Below are positions 62,290 to 64,000 of a stretch of DNA of 64,000 bases, piece by piece; the first letter of the stretch is position 1; the number at the start of each line of letters is the position of its first letter. This DNA is from Azolla caroliniana (taxonomy: Eukaryota > Plantae > Polypodiophyta). The notes below the pieces were generated by a model. It was not told where the DNA came from. It did no database searches and worked only from the letters and a program-made list of their open reading frames with translations. A program made the position numbers and the translations under genes. The stretch lies in contig JBHGNT010000016.1 of the NCBI GenBank assembly GCA_043228905.1, positions 9,362,001 through 9,426,000 on the forward strand, read 5' to 3'.

Positions 62290-63220
62290 TGCGTAAGATT
62301 GGGTTTGCGGCCTCCAAGTCTAACTCTTCATTGTTCATCCAGAAGAGTCCAAAGGGTCTGGTATGAATTCTTCTATATGTCGATGACTTGGTCGTCACCG
62401 GACCCGACCTCATTGAAATCGGTTGAGTCAAGCCCCAACTGTCGGACACATTTGAGGTGAAGGACCTGGGGGACCTTCACTACTTCATTAGGATCGAAGT
62501 GATCCACACCCTGACAACATATTGTTGTCTTAGCGACACTATGTGTTGAATATGTTGTTCATGTTCGGCATGATCGATTGCCGACTGGTCTCGACACCCC
62601 TTGACCGGAATCTGAAGTTACAACTTGACTCTAGAATGGCCTACGATGACAGAAGGTTCCAACCAATTGTGGGAAGCCTAACATACCTGACTATCACATG
62701 ACCTGACATCAGTTATCTGGTCGGACCGATCAACACATTCATGTAGCGCCCAACCGTTGAGCACCTTCAATGTGCGCATCGACTACTATGATATGTGAGC
62801 GGCACTAAGAATCTGGGATTGTTGTACCAACAGGGAGTAATCAAACAATTAGTCGTATATACTAATGCCGACTGGGCCAGTGATGCGTCGGATAGTTGGT
62901 CAACATTCGGATTTATGTTTTCTCTTGGGAGTGCAGTTGTCGTATGGAGCAGCAAGAAGCAGTCGACAGTGGCTCTATTGAGCACTGAGGCTAAGTACCA
63001 AGGAGCTACTGTTGCGACCTATGAAGCCATATGGATTTGGCAGTTGTTGTAGGACATTCGGATCACAGTATCGATTCCTGTCTCGATCTACTGTGAGAAC
63101 ATCACTAGAATGCAAGTAGCAAAGAACCCCGTGTTCCATGCTCGCACAAAGCACATCGAGGTGCATTATCACTTTGTGCATGAGCGAGTCTTGAGCGGTG
63201 AACTCGAACTCCGGTATGTT
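62290..63220 (+). pseudogene. Copia RT/RNase H fragment (Copia-2 family)
   Basis: LLYVDDLV, YTNADW, WSSKKQSTVAL, HARTKHIEVHYHF. Confidence 0.88.
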
Positions 63221-64000
63221 AGGGAGTGGAGACAGAGGTAGAGCGAGTCGAGGAGACAAAGGTAGAATGAGTTAGGGAGACAAACCCCACAACATTAGAG
63301 ATGGAATCATGGAAGTCCAAAATACAATGAATGAGGAAACTATTCAATGTCTCAAGCAAGGGTTAGGATCCTTCGACCGTGCAACTATTTTGGAATTTAT
63401 ACAAACATTGGAAGATGTGACTGAGAAGGTGTATTGTGTTGGTGCACCGAAATCAACCAATGAAGAAGATGGCAAATCAATAAATTGCAACCAACAAATC
63501 AATGCCAAACGAAGTGCAACAATAGACATCTCACCAGAACTTATTGGCAGCTCCCCAAACACTTCCAAATCCCACACCAGAAAACTACAAAGGGGAGGAG
63601 GAGATTGCCAATATGTGACCATGAGAAGGTTCGGTGTTTCTGTTGCGATGGCTTGACCTTGACTTAAAGGGACTCGATCGTTACATGTTGTAAAAAATGT
63701 GGTTGCATTTTGCCATCATCCCGACATGAGTCATAAACTTATGTGACGTGTGTATTCATATTTCATTTTAGGTTTTTTCGCATGGATTATTCCCATGTAA
63801 GATGTAAGCTTTAAGTCGATTTGTTATATGAAGCTTGGAGATATAAGTTTGTGTGATTTTTGAGCTTTAAGTTTTAAGTTTTGTGCAATTGGAAATTTGG
63901 GGTTTTTTTGAGTAATTTTTATGCATCATTTTCATGGCAAATATTTGTTGTACACTTTGGAAGTTTTTGGAGTTTTTGATGTTTGTTTCTGAGTCAGTCG

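Overview
Plant-type heterochromatic pile of nested LTR retrotransposons with no intact host gene; the families suggest a non-seed land plant (inference). TSDs and interrupted reading frames resolve two stacks. Stack 1: Copia-4 > Copia-3 > Gypsy A > (Copia solo LTR, near-intact Copia-1, Gypsy B > Copia-2). Stack 2: Gypsy pol relic > Copia-5 > (heat-shock-element solo LTR, Gypsy D > Gypsy C). The right end holds chimeric Gypsy relics plus RPS16 and RTEL1 gene fragments. Three observations stand out. (1) Gypsy A, B and C have no polypurine tract; 2 nt before the 3' LTR they carry a copy of a tRNA-Arg 3' end (an inverted PBS), suggesting tRNA-type priming of both strands. (2) The same three elements share a long extra sense ORF after pol. 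(3) Six LTRs from several families carry an antisense tRNA-like A-box/B-box module in U3. All tRNA and protein identities are from recall, not from a database search.
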